From positions 80,166,001 to 80,230,000 of the forward strand of contig NC_043006.1 of assembly GCF_006345805.1 (NCBI RefSeq): a stretch of DNA of 64,000 bases, written 5' to 3'. This DNA is from Octopus sinensis (Eukaryota). The notes below the pieces were generated by a model that ran no database searches, had not been told where the DNA came from, and saw nothing but the letters and a program-made list of their open reading frames with translations. Positions 10,591-23,900 of this stretch are shown in pieces. The stretch's first letter is position 1, and each line of letters begins with the position of its first letter. A program made the position numbers and the translations under genes.

Positions 10591-11798
10591 AAAGTGAAGT
10601 TGTGTGAGTGTCTGTCTCCTACGATTTAGATTCCTAACTACTCCCACATTTTGCGGTGCAGTTTAACCAAATTCGGGTATCTTATAGTCGTGATGATTCA
10701 TATCGAGCCCGTCTGAGTATTAGCGCGCGTCTACGATGAGTCTACGATTTTAAAAATAATTTACCATAATTTTTTTTCATTTTAACGCATATTTTTTTCC
10801 CTCCCTCGTGAAGCTATGGGGAAGGGAGTGTAAGGAAATCAACATCGTAAAGCGTTGTCAAGGAGACCAGTGTTCTTTTAGAACAACGACTTCATGGCTT
10901 GAAGACACCAAAACAGAAATGGCTAAGAAAGCCCGAAAGCAAATTCTACAAAATCGGGAAACACGCCACACAGGGAAGGTTTCCCGTGCAAATAATTTGC
11001 ACAACCGAATGTTATAGTTGTTGCACAACTTTTACTTAAAAAATATTATCCAAACACAAACTTTTGAAGGCAATATTGTATGGCGATGGTACTTGTGAAA
11101 TATGGTAATGGATTTAGTAGCCAAAAGGAGAGAGCAGAGGCATAGTATGGTGGTGGTGGAGGCGGTGGTAGTGGCAGCGGTGGTGGCGGTGGTGCTGGTA
11201 GTGGTGATGGTGGTCGTGGTCGTGGTGGTCGTCGTGTTTGTGGTGGTGGTGGTGGTGGTGTTGTTGTTGTTGTTGGTGGTTGTGGTGGTCGTGGTCGTGG
11301 GGGTGGTGATGATGGTGGTGGTGGTGGTCGTGGTGATGATGGTGGTGGTGGTGGTGGTTGTGGTGGTCTTCGTGATGGTGGTGGTGATGGTCATGGGCGT
11401 AGTGGTGGTGGTGGTCATGGTGGTAGTGGTGATGGTGTTGGTCGTGGTGGTGGTGGTGGTGGTGGTGGTGGCTGAAGCTGTCGTCTGGGTTCTTCCAATC
11501 TTTTCGTGTGTCGGTGGCGGCGTTGGCGTTCATGCTCGCACCTGCACCTGTGTAGCTCATCCCCTTCTTCCCTCCCTCGTGAAGCTGTGGGGAAGGCATG
11601 GTAGGGAAATCAACGTCGTAAAGCGTTGTCAAGGAGACCAGCGTTCTTTTAGAACAACGACTTCATGGCTTGAAGTCGCCAAAACAGAAATCGCTAAAAA
11701 AACTGAAACAGATCCACAAAAACGGCAAAAACCGCCACACAGGGCAGGCTTCCTGTGCAAACAAGTTGCACAACCGAATGTTTTAGTTGTTGCACAAA
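10583..11798 (+). mobile_element. Helitron-related composite: 5' segment, a duplicated ~230-bp block and a (GGT)n tract
   Basis: 10583-10790 repeats the 5' part of 11799-12180; block 10800-11030 is repeated at 11570-11798; (GGT/GTC)n at ~11150-11470. Confidence 0.65.
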
Positions 11799-12179
11799 TC
11801 TTTATATATAAAAGTGAAGTTGTGTGTCTGTCTCCTACGATTTAGATTCCTAACTACTCCCACATTTTGCGGTGCAGTTTAACCAAAACCGGGTATCTTA
11901 TAGTCGTGATTCATATCGAGCCCTTCTGGGTATTAGCGCGCGTCTACGATGAGTCTACGATTTAAAAAAAATTTGCCATCATTTTTTCCATTTTAATGCA
12001 TTTTTTCGCTATTATATAAGGGAAGTAACTCTCTAAAAATGTCTACGATGAGTCAACGATTTAAAAAAAATTACCATCATTTTTTATTCCATTTTTAATG
12101 CATTTTTTGCTATAACTCTCTAAAATGCTTATATAGTTATTTCCCTTACAAACCCGAGCAACGCTGGGCGATACTGCTA

Positions 12180-12180
<1 letters not shown>
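11799..12180 (+). mobile_element. Non-autonomous Helitron
   Basis: A|TC 5' end at 11799, 3' hairpin cccgagcaacgctggg (12153-12168), CTAG|T end at 12180, no TSD. Confidence 0.85.
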
Positions 12181-12259
<79 letters not shown>

Positions 12260-12381
12260 TCATGGCCGCGGCCTTCGGGCTAAAACATTTTTAAGGATTT
12301 AAGGATATATGTATGTATATATATATACATATATATATATGTATACATATACATATACATACATATATATATATATACATA

Positions 12382-13789
12382 CTAGCAGAATATCCCGGCG
12401 TTGCTCGGGTCTGAATTTCTTGAAAGTACTGTTAATGACTGCAGTGAATTATGATGATTATTCAGGCAAATATTGATATAAGTTTACGGCGAATGAATGT
12501 ATTTGTAAGTGTATAGAAAGCCGTGTAAAGGGGATCCTACCCCTTCGTAGAATGGTGTAAGAATTGAATGCGAGGTGGCCTTGAAAAGAGCCATGTTATT
12601 GTTGTCATAATTGTAAGAATTTGATAGTCGTGGAAGGCGGTGTAAAACGTTCGCAGTAGAATAGTGTCTCTTCGTTTTCCACGAACGGCAGCGGATGTGC
12701 TTGGAAAAATGTTGACCGTGGAAGGAAAAGAAAGAAATATTTGCTGCTGAAAGAAATTGTTTAGGCAAGTATAGCGACAGTGTGTAAAGTGTATTGAAAC
12801 TTGAGTTAAAAGAAAGAAAATAAAGTGAGATTTGTAAGAATGGAAGTAGTTTACGTACATGTTCCAAATGGCAAGTGTTTTAGTTGTTTAATTAAATATT
12901 TGTGTAAAGTGTATAAAAACGTAAATTGAAAAAGAAAATGAAGTGAAATTTTTAAGAAAGGAATTTGCATACATACATGTGTCAAATGGCAAATGTTTGT
13001 GCAGTTGTCCGAAATGGAACCAGGGTAAATGCGTGGAACTGATGTATTATAATGAATAGTCCATCTCGATCAGGATACATTTGTGGTGTGTCATGGTGTG
13101 TGTTAAGTACAGTATATATAATGTGGTTGCAGCTATAAAAATAGACATAGCGCAGCTGTTATGTTGTCTGTACGGAAATAAAATTGAATTGTTGGTGAGT
13201 GTTTGCAAATGTGTTCGAATGAGAAAGTGAATTGTGTTTGTCGCCTTTTTTACTAATAACAAACACACACCTGTGTGTGTGTTTGAGTGTTTGTATGTAG
13301 TTGTTTGAAACGTTTGTGTTTGTCACTGTTATATATGTATATGTTTGCGTATCTATGTGTGTGTAAGGAGTAAATCGTTATGTATTTATTTTTTTCTGTT
13401 TCCTCTGCCTTTTTTTTGAAGAGTGGTTTAAGCATTAATAAGAGAAAGTAGGAGAATGTGTGATGTTGAATGTATTTTTAAGAGTGGTAGAAAGATGATA
13501 TGAGAGAGGTATACACTTGGAAAGAGAAAGTAGCAGAAAGTGTGGTAATAGAAGGAGTAAACCAGTTGAAATGAGAGAGGCAAATCGTAAAATATTGAGT
13601 TTTATCGAATTTTTGCTTAATTGGGGGTCAAATTGAAAAAAAATTATATGTCATGACCCAATCGAATCTACTTCGAAAAATCATAGGTGAATTCCAATTG
13701 AAGAAATTCTATATTGTATAATCGTATAGCAAACAAACATAGTCACAGACAGAGAAAATCTGCCTTTTATAGTATATTATAATAAGAGA
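12382..13789 (-). mobile_element. Non-autonomous Helitron (~1.4 kb)
   Basis: Minus strand begins a|TCtcttattataatatactataaaagg at 13789 and ends cccgagcaacgccgggatattctgCTAG|t at 12382. Confidence 0.8.
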
Positions 13790-13795
13790 TGATAC

Positions 13796-13870
<75 letters not shown>

Positions 13871-13871
13871 C

Positions 13872-13922
<51 letters not shown>

Positions 13923-13926
13923 TATG

Positions 13927-13990
<64 letters not shown>

Positions 13991-14101
13991 CATACATACA
14001 TATAATTTACAGTTCCGTGATAGAAAATTCAATAAAATAAGTATTCCATTTGGTGAGAGATAAATATTGTTTATTTAAAGGGCATAAAAACATGTATTTC
14101 A

Positions 14102-14155
14102 GCGCTACTAGTAGTTTCATATGTTGAGAAATACTCAAACATATTCTTCAGGCAC
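14102..14155 (-). ncRNA. Minimal type I hammerhead ribozyme motif, probably in a Penelope-like pseudo-LTR
   Basis: Minus strand: gtgc CUGAAGA atatgtt(tgagtatttctc)aacatat GAAA ctactag UA gcgc. Intact core, 7-bp stem II, 4-bp stem I, GUA cleavage triplet; AATAAA downstream. Confidence 0.8.
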
Positions 14156-15218
14156 AAACCACATATCATAATGAACTAAAAATATTAAATAATAGAAGAA
14201 ACGCGACAAAACTGAGATGGTAACATATCGAAAACACAGAAAGTAACTAAATAAGGAAAGTAATGAAACATGGGAAAGAAAAAAAAAAAGTAAAGTGTAA
14301 AAAATAAAAAGGTACAAAGTTAAAAGCGCTATCCTCCTTAGACCGGAAAAGTATATCTACGGACTTAACGTATTTTATTCTAATCGTCGTTCTTATTAAT
14401 TCATATAAGATAAAAAAATATGTGTATTTATACTTAAAAGACATTGTGACCAACTACATCAATGTCATGAAGCTGTGATTTTTCTCGTTCGTTGTTCATT
14501 ATGATAAGACCGCATCTTCCATGTTTTCAATTTCGTTCTCGCTAAAGTCATCAGAGGGTTTCTGCTTAAACAAAACTAATTGCTGGACCAATAATTAATA
14601 TAAATAATATATAATTAATAATTAATATTGACTTGCAATAGTCAATTAATATTTTATGCAATAAACGAACAACAGCGAGAACAAAAGAAAAGCATACTGA
14701 AAACAACAGAAACATTAAAAACAAAATCAAGATGTTAAAACAGGTGCGAAAAACAATCGTTCATGCTAAAAGAAAAATATGTTAAGATATATCCATTTGT
14801 ATACAAAGAAAAATTTTCATGCAAATCAATGCATTCAATTCCAAAGTCCGTGTATTGTGTTATAATATACGAAATAGTATTATATAAGTAAATGGTATAT
14901 AGGAAAACACATGTAACACTCCATTTAAATTCTTCATATTTATCAGCGTATGCGTGTATGCGTGCGTGCGCGTGTGTGTGTGTGTGTGTGTGTGCATATA
15001 TATATCATACTTTCACTTATATCACCATGCATGGGAACGCTCCCTTCCTGAAATCGTATGAAACACTTTCTTATAACTGTGAAGTTGTTTTGTTCTTAAA
15101 ATATAATGTACATATTATGAATAGAAATACACACACACACATACGTATGTATGTATGTATGTATGTATGTATGTATGTATGTATGTATGTATGTATGTAT
15201 GTATGTATGTATGTATGC

Positions 15219-15263
<45 letters not shown>

Positions 15264-15268
<5 letters not shown>

Positions 15269-15810
15269 GCGGCCAAAAGGGGCAGGAAGAACAAGTGTAT
15301 CGAAATAGTTATTATAGAAGATTAACAGCGCGTTGAGACTAGATATTTTATACATATTTAAATATATCCAACATCTATCTTTCGTGAAAATGTCAAGTGA
15401 ATGTAATAAATATTTCGTAAGTTATGAGGAAATAAACAATCTTCCAAATTGCAGCGGCTAAAAGTTAAGGGTCACTTAGAAAAAAATGAACTACTAATCG
15501 AGGTATTTGTTGTTTAGTAGACTGTTAATGAGCTAACTGTTACTTCTTATGAGCTTACATTATTCGAATATTCAACTGTTAGCATGGCGGCTTATGAGAG
15601 ATGACCAGTGTCCTGTGATGAAAAACAAAGGATTGCCGGGTCATTTTATCGATGAATTTAATGTGACTGGTTCCGATGGCGGGATATACGTCCGACGAAG
15701 TAGCGAAAGGTTATCTCGTGCATGTGTGAAGAAGACAGTGAAATATGGAAGAGGCAGTATAATGGTATGGGGAGTGATCTCTGCTGTTGGTCCTGGTCGC
15801 ATTTTCATCC
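15264..15810 (+). mobile_element. Tc1-like transposon remnant with a DDE-domain fragment
   Basis: TA|TAGTAGCGGCCAAAAG terminus related to the 9702 TIR; FIDEFNVTGSDGGIYVRRSSERLSRACVKKTVKYGRGSIMVWGVISAVGPG matches Tc1 DDE motifs. Confidence 0.8.
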
Positions 15811-15815
15811 TGGTC

Positions 15816-16319
15816 CACATGTCTCATCTTTATATAATATTACTTTTCAAATCCACCGCGCAAGCGCAGTTTTTGTTGGCAAGGTAGGAAAATTATAGAA
15901 ATTTTTCTATCAGTGGCCTAGCATGCAGAAAATACTCAATAGACTATATATTATTCATATAAAGTTAGTGTACATTTAAACACAAAAATGTTGATCCTAA
16001 CAGGACACCTAAGATGCTAGAAGAAGCAGTCAAAATCCAAACCGCCGTTAGGGGTAATTTTGAAGGAAATGAAAAATAAAAACATTTTCCATATTTTGTT
16101 ACCGGACCATGGTTTCGAACATTTGTATATAGTCTATTAATTATTTTCTGCATTCTAGGCCACTGGTAGAAAACTTTCTATAATTTTCGTATCCTGTATA
16201 TTTTACCTAATATGATTTTAATAATTTTGAAGTAAGTCGACATTTTTATTTGCTGCCAACAAAAACTGCGCTTGCGCGGTGGATTTTAAAAATTATAATA
16301 TATAAAGTTTAGACATGTG
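15816..16319. mobile_element. MITE/foldback element with bipartite long inverted repeats
   Basis: cacatgtc...atccaccgcgcaagcgcagtttt(t)gttggca is inverted at 16253-16319; second pair at ~15886-15950 and ~16125-16190. Confidence 0.8.
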
Positions 16320-16959
16320 CTATTTTGCCTCCTGTCTCATATGTTAATCTTTGGCGTACTCGCCGATGAGAACTTCGCCTAACAAATTATTTTATTTGCT
16401 AATTAAAGTTCGAAACCATATATGGTAATTATTTTTATTTTCATTCCATTCGAAATTACCCCTGATTCTTGTCTTAAATCTCGTGTTAGGTATATATGAG
16501 GTTTTAGTTTTGAAGCCGCTTAATTTAAGAGCGTTGTTGTATTCTGGCGCATGTTAATAAAAAATCTCTTCTTTTGCGGACAAATGAAAGATTCTGATCG
16601 AAATAGCAGTAACGATGCTATCAATAGTAGACTTCGGATGATTGGAGGAGACATTGATATATGAGATGGATCTGTTTGGCTTATAAAAAGGGTAGTATTA
16701 ACCCGTATCCAAATTCAAAGTAACATACAAGAAGTTCACCAATCTGGAGTTAACATCAAAAATAATGTTAAGATTAATGCAATCTTTTAAGAAACCTCTC
16801 AAAGATTTCTTCAATCTATTCAATGCAGTTTTAGACTGGCCACGTACAGCTAGAAGTACATCATCCCTATATAACCCTCCAGTAAGGAGGGGAAAACTAT
16901 CCTTAATCTGCGGTGATCTTTCATCCTGTCAACGTGCCTTGCTCAACGCCGTCGTGTCT

Positions 16960-19430
16960 CAAGTAAAATGGCTTCTAGGCTGGTGACTTTTGCTCGCTTG
17001 AGGACCTCATCGTTGGTAATGTAGTCGCTCCAGTAAATGTTGAAGATTGTTGAGGATTGTTGAGGAGCTTGAGATGATAGCAGTAGGGGACCCAGGACTC
17101 AGAGCCTTATAGGAGCGCCTTTAAAAAATACGGCTCTGTAGACACTGACTTTTGCGCTGATCTTAAGATGCTTGTTCCGCACACGCTTGTACAGTCTGCC
17201 AAATGCTTTGATTGCCTTTGCGAGTCTGTTGTCAATTTCTTTGCTGATATTCACATTTGTGATAAGTGAACTGCTGTACCGATTTCTGTTCTGTTTCGGC
17301 AATGGTGATGAGGGGCGGGCTGTACTCTTCTTGAGGAGCTGGTTGGTGTAGTACTTCAGTATTTTTCAAGCTTACTTCCAGTCCAAAGAGCTAGGTGGCC
17401 TCTACAAAGCAGGACGCGATGTGTTCTTTCTGTGTTTATGACAAGTACGGCATCATCTGCCAAGAGCAGGCCCTAAATCAGTTTGCTTTTGGATCTTAAT
17501 GCAGGCCTGTAGGACTGGAGCTTGAAAAGACTGCCATCCAGACGGTACTTGATGTAAACACCATCTTCAGCAACCATATTTGTTGTACCCCTGTTAGCTC
17601 TGAAACCCCATTTGGCTTTCTGGAAAAGGATTTTCAGTGATGAACGGAACAAGTCTGTTGAGGAATAGTCTTACTAGAAATTTTCCTGCAACGGAAAGCA
17701 GGGTAGTGCCCGGTAGCTTGAGCAGTCTGACGTTTCCCCTTTGTTTTTGTACAGTGTAATGGTGACAGCATCGCGGAGATCTTGTAGCAGCTTGCTCTGT
17801 TCCAAGCATGCAACGAGGAGCTCATGGAGTTTAGCATGTAGGGTAGGACCCCCATGCTTCCATATCCCTGGTGGTATGCCATCAACTCCTGCTGCCTATG
17901 GCAACTGTGGTCTCCACTAGGGCTGGAGGCTCATCTAGTTCCATTTTAACTGGTTGCTGCTGGATGTAGAGGATTGCGTTTTCCTGGAATCTCGGTATGT
18001 ACTGAAGAGGCCTGAGAATATTCAGACGTGCGGTTGAGGATGGATGTGGTGCCTGTGAAAAGCGCCTGGTCATCTGGACTTCGCTGGGGACTTGAACTTG
18101 ATGTGTTGGGCCGTAAACCGCCTTGATACCTTCATAACCGCCAGAGTCAGCACACAGTTGGGTTCTCTGTGCAAGATTGGTTCACCACTCATTCTGAATT
18201 TCACGGAGTTTGCACTGCAGGAAGCTACAGGACGATTGTGTCAAGTGTGCTTGATGGGTAGACCTCTTCCTTAATACTTTCTGGATCCGTATATCGTTTT
18301 CGTCAAACCAATCCTTGTTTTTCTTCGTAAACCCAAGGATTTCTGCTGAGGTCTGTAGGATGGCGGTTTTCAATTGTTCCCATAGGATTTCTGGAGAGGG
18401 ATCTGAGGGGAAATTAGATTGCTGTAGACCTGCGTAGGAGTTTACTTTCACTTCATTTAGGTGCAGACCGCTAGTTTTGATTTTCTTGTTGGCCGGTCCT
18501 TTCTTTTTTGTTGGTTTGAGCTTGACGTGAGGTTAGAGTTTGCAACGCACCAGACAATGGTGAGTATGGCATTATGCGCTAGGACTCAATCTGGTTTGCA
18601 TGACATCAGACTGGTCTCGTTGGCGCACTAAGACGTAGTCAAGGAGGTGTCAGTGTTTTGATCGGGGATTCATCCAGATTGTTTTTAGTCTCTTTGCTGG
18701 AAGATGGTCGGTTGGTGATGACGAGCTGATGTTCGGTGCAAGCTCAAGAAAGAGTTGCCCGTTTTCGTTGCATTTCCCAACCCCATGCTTTCCGAGGACT
18801 CCTTTCCAGATTTCTGAATCTCGGCCCACTCTAGCGTTGAAATATCCTAGGGTTATGACCTTATCATCGATGGGGGTCCCCCGGAGGACTCTGCTCTGGT
18901 CTGAGTAGAACTTTTTTTCTGATGAATCTGCTTGGAGAGTCGGGGAGTACGCTGAAGATCGTGGCATGCTGTCTGTTTTGCATGAAGATGATACAGCCAG
19001 AATGACCCGCTGGTAGGGTTTCCAGCTTTGAGGGAACGGAGTTTCTTATCATGAAACCGACACCTGAATGGCGTCTTTCTGATGGGGTCTTGCCTGATCA
19101 ATATAGGGTGTATCTGACACCATATTCTTTCAAGCTGCCTTCTTTTGGGAGCCGGACTTCGCTAAGGGCTGCGATATCAACTAGCCTGGAAAGTTCATGC
19201 ACAATAAGATCGGATCGGCTTTCTAGGCGACCTCTGTCGCCTGAGTCAAGAACGGTCCTGACGTTCCAATATGCGATTTTCAGAGCGTTGGCAACATTTG
19301 GAGGGTGTGTGGTCATTCCTTTTTGTAATTGTGCGTATTCGACCGCTTTGGAGACACTCATTGAGCGCGGTTTGCCAGCTGTGCGTATAGGAAGCGAGCT
19401 TTCTTAGAACCACCTTTTCTAGGCCCTTTT
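16960..19430 (-). mobile_element. RTE-clade (BovB-like) LINE, degenerate, APE endonuclease plus RT
   Basis: LKIAYWNVRTVLD...DIAALSEVRLPKEGSL; LGYFNARVGRDSEIWKGVLGKHGVGKCNENG; LLSVAGK...PESQMGF; KEIDNRLAKAIKAFGRL; many frameshifts. Confidence 0.9.
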
Positions 19431-20051
19431 CCATGTGGATTAAGCAGTACTCTTAATCAAAATATATATTAAAATGGTCTCGTGATCAACAATTTCATTG
19501 TTAGGAAGACTGGGATTTCCCCGTTCTTTGTTCATCGTAATAAGAACTTCCCTGCTATTATTTCTTTTTTCAGTTTAATTTTCCCGAACGCCATCAATAG
19601 GTTTCTACTTAAAACAGGATTTGTTATTGGAGTATGAGTTGATGTAATGTATCATACATCAAAACCACTATCACCGAGAACAATAGAGAACATAGAATAG
19701 AGCGACAGCATTTACAACAAAAACAAATGAATAAGAATAAGACATGTGTAAATATATTAATACCCCTAAGTGCATATAAGCTATCAAGGGATACAGAAGG
19801 AAGCAGTAATGGATCAGTATGATTATGAGAACATCAGAATATAGAGCAAATTATATACTTTAATTTACTCTAGTGGATAAACAATGCACTCTTTATTTTC
19901 CGTTGAATATTATGATCTTTATGCTCAACAGTATTATACAAGGGATGTATCGGAAGGAAAACCTCAACACTATAGGAAAGATTTTCTATTGTAACATGGT
20001 AAGGACATATTTTCCACTGCAAAATTCTAAAGTACTCAATAGCAATAGCTA

Positions 20052-20530
<479 letters not shown>

Positions 20531-21850
20531 TAATTTATTCTATGACAAATCAACAACAATTAGCATTTTCACGTTCGAATCTGCCGGAACACATGAAGAA
20601 TAAATACGCAAGTTATGGTTTTTATCCTCGTGTTTATATTAGTAACACACACACACATGTGTGTATGTGTGTGTGTGTGTGTAAATTATTTATAGTTTAA
20701 GCACAAAAGTACATAATAACTGTATAGGCGTTCAGTACGACTTTCTGGAGGAAGCATTCTAATTCTTATGCATTATAATTTAGGCAAACTGTGCTTGAAT
20801 AATGTTTATATGCATGATTTCCACGAAATTAGTTCATTGTATGCAAATGGATATATCATAACCTACTTTGCTTAGTATTAAAGACTACGTCCACCTAATT
20901 TTTCTTATGTCTTTACATTTCATTCACCTTTAGTTTTGATGCAAATGTTTAAGTTGTATTCTATGTGATTTTCTGTTGTTCTCGGTGATGCCGATTTTGT
21001 TGTGAGTTAATTTATATTCAATAATTAGTCCAATAATTAGTTGTTTAAGTAGAAACCCTTTGATGACGCTCGGAGAATCAAATTGAAGGCTACGTTTTAT
21101 TACGATGAACAAATGAGAGAAAATTACAGCTTCATGGTATTAACGTTGTTGTATGAAGGGGTTGTTTAAATATAAATACAGATATCTCGATCTAATATAA
21201 ATAAATGAGAAGAATAACGTCCAGAATGTTACCATCATTAAGGAAGAGATAAGGTCAGGTAAGTCTCGTAGATTTGTTCTACCTAATCGTTTCATTGTCG
21301 TCATACTGTTCCCAGAGATGCTGTTTTGTAATGTGGCTTCCCCTAGATATATCTTTCTAATTATGAAGGGGATAACAATCTATCACATAAGTTCCGACTA
21401 AGATCACCGCTTGTATTTGAAGCCTCTTCAGTTGAAGACATTCTGATATGTATATTTTGCTTTCAAGCCGTTAATTATCACTTTAATTCTGTAATATAGT
21501 GTGTGTATATAATAACTACACTTCTGTGATCTTATTTATACCAAACGTATAACCTACTGGTTATAACTTTTATATCATATACATTTACTGAATCAAAGCC
21601 TAATGCTTTCTATAATCTCCCATGGTATATTGTAACATACTGTACCTTTGAATAATAATTATTGAGAAATTGGCAGCTATAACATCATTAAAGTATCCTT
21701 TCTGAAGTACAGATCTGTATAAGTGAGTGATAAATATATACAGAAGCCTGAACTACACCGAGCTTGTCCCACAGAGAATGCTTCCGGTTACTTTTGAGAA
21801 TATATATATATATATATATACATATATGTATATATCTTACAAGATACTTG

Positions 21851-22170
21851 GTGACCCTACCAATGCTGGTGCCACGTAAAATGCATCCAATCCACACTGT
21901 AAAGTGGTTGGCATCTGGAAGGGCATCTAGCTGTAAAAATCATGCCAAAACTAAACTTGCCTGCGCTAGTACCACGTAAAGAGAACTGAGTCCACTATAC
22001 AGAGAGGTTGGTGTTATGAAAGGCATCAATCCGTAAAAGCTCTGTCGAAACAGACACAGTAGCTGGGGTAGTTTTCTACTTAGCCGGCTCGTGTAAATCG
22101 TCCTACTCATGCATGCATGGAAAACGGATGTTAAACGACGACGACGACGACAATGATGATGATGGTGATA
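21851..22170 (+). mobile_element. SINE or LINE 3'-end-like repeat with internal duplication and a (GAC/GAT)n tail
   Basis: Two copies of gccacgtaaa...cac(t)...gtggttggc/gtgtta...aagggcatc; ends atggaaaacggatgttaaacgacgacg. Confidence 0.6.
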
Positions 22171-22179
22171 TATACGTGC

Positions 22180-22225
<46 letters not shown>

Positions 22226-22261
22226 ATAATAACAACAACAACAACAATAATAATAATAATG

Positions 22262-22316
<55 letters not shown>

Positions 22317-22465
22317 TAAAAATAATAATAATAATATGAAGGAATATTATTCCAAACTTACAGGGAAAAATTCAATTTAGAAATACTAAATCAAATTTCA
22401 CAAAATATAAACTATAATATAATAAATAATATAATATAATATATAATATATAATATAATATATAT

Positions 22466-22543
<78 letters not shown>

Positions 22544-22562
22544 TATATTATATTATATATAT

Positions 22563-22597
<35 letters not shown>

Positions 22598-22718
22598 CCA
22601 CCTTTTATAATTCAATAATGAAAAATTAAATTATACATTTAGAAAAATACATATCATAGAAAGATTAAATATAAGATAAAACATATAACAATGATTAAGT
22701 AATGCGCATAATACTACA

Positions 22719-22788
<70 letters not shown>

Positions 22789-22836
22789 ATAATAATAATA
22801 ATAATCATGATGATGATGATGATCATGATGATGATG

Positions 22837-22914
<78 letters not shown>

Positions 22915-22925
22915 TATATATATAT
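22150..22925. repeat. Compound microsatellite block (GAT, TA, AAT, AAC, ACT)
   Basis: Direct reading. Confidence 0.95.
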
Positions 22926-23099
22926 GTAAATTTATATATATATCTCAGGCTAACTAAAAAGTAAGCAACGTTTTGAAACATGAAACTCATCACAAAATAT
23001 TTCAACAATGAGGAAATTTTATTCATCAAAGTAAGTAGTATTACAATCAACACATTTTTACCAACGAGTTACAAGTTTGTTTATTCAGGTAACATAAAA

Positions 23100-23900
23100 A
23101 TCAGGAGTTCGGAGCTGATGAGCTCTTTGAATGCACTTTCAGCATAGGTTTGATTTTTTAACTCCACTCGCAGGAGACCATCAAGGAGCTTGAAAAAGTG
23201 GTAGTCGGTAGTAGAAAGGTCTGGGGGAATAAGCTGGGTGGAGAATTATTAATGAGACGTGTGGAAGGAGCACTACAACATCGTAAACTGTTTGAAAATC
23301 ATCGATATGTCCTGGCAGGGTGTGACGAGGAGAACGCTCAATTTTGCATGGAGGAAACTGTGGCTCTAACTGCGTATCCGGAAGAGACTTCGAGAGGTTT
23401 GAGTCTGAGTCACCTGTAGTCGAGAAGATAGTTTCTCTTGGCAAGTCCATGGGGACATTAACGATCTCATCGAGGAACACTCAGAGGTGCTGACGACAGA
23501 TGAACTTCTGCAACATCAGGAGCAGCAACATTTGCATGGGATTGGTTGCCCAGGGAAGGACAGTGTAGTGGAGAATGCTATCTCTACGAATGACATAAAA
23601 GCAGTTTTGGCAAAGTGGCAGTATTTTTATGAATTTGAAATATCATCCTAAAAAAAGTATCCATAGGTCGTGCAGCTATTTTATTGAATGACACTGCTCT
23701 GACACATTTTCGTTACATTTTGAAAGGGAAGAAAAAGCAGACTTCTCTTGATATGTTTCTTATGAAACGACCTGCAGGTGTATTAAGCAAAGAAAGTGTA
23801 TTCAAAAAGCCAAAGTTAAGCGAAGTAAGAGAGAAAACACTAGAAACTGTTCTTCTTTAAGTCTTAATGGGAGGAGATTCTCCTTCCAAACAGTAATCTT
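23100..23900 (+). mobile_element. Tigger/pogo-like transposase C-terminal remnant
   Basis: Conceptual translation VEKIVSLGKSMG..DINDLIEEHSEVLTTDELLQHQEQQ and NDTALTHFRYILKGKKKQTSLDMFL, as in Tigger C-termini; frameshifted. Confidence 0.75.

Noticed and set aside
11032-11845. Poly-Val (247 aa), poly-His (172 aa) and poly-Thr ORFs that look like metal-binding or mucin-like proteins
   Set aside because: Three frames of a degenerate (GGT)n tract inside a Helitron-related repeat
14530-14560. Minus-strand CTGATGA...GAAA hammerhead-like spacing
   Set aside because: The intervening bases (ctttagcgagaac) cannot close stem II, and no stems I/III were found
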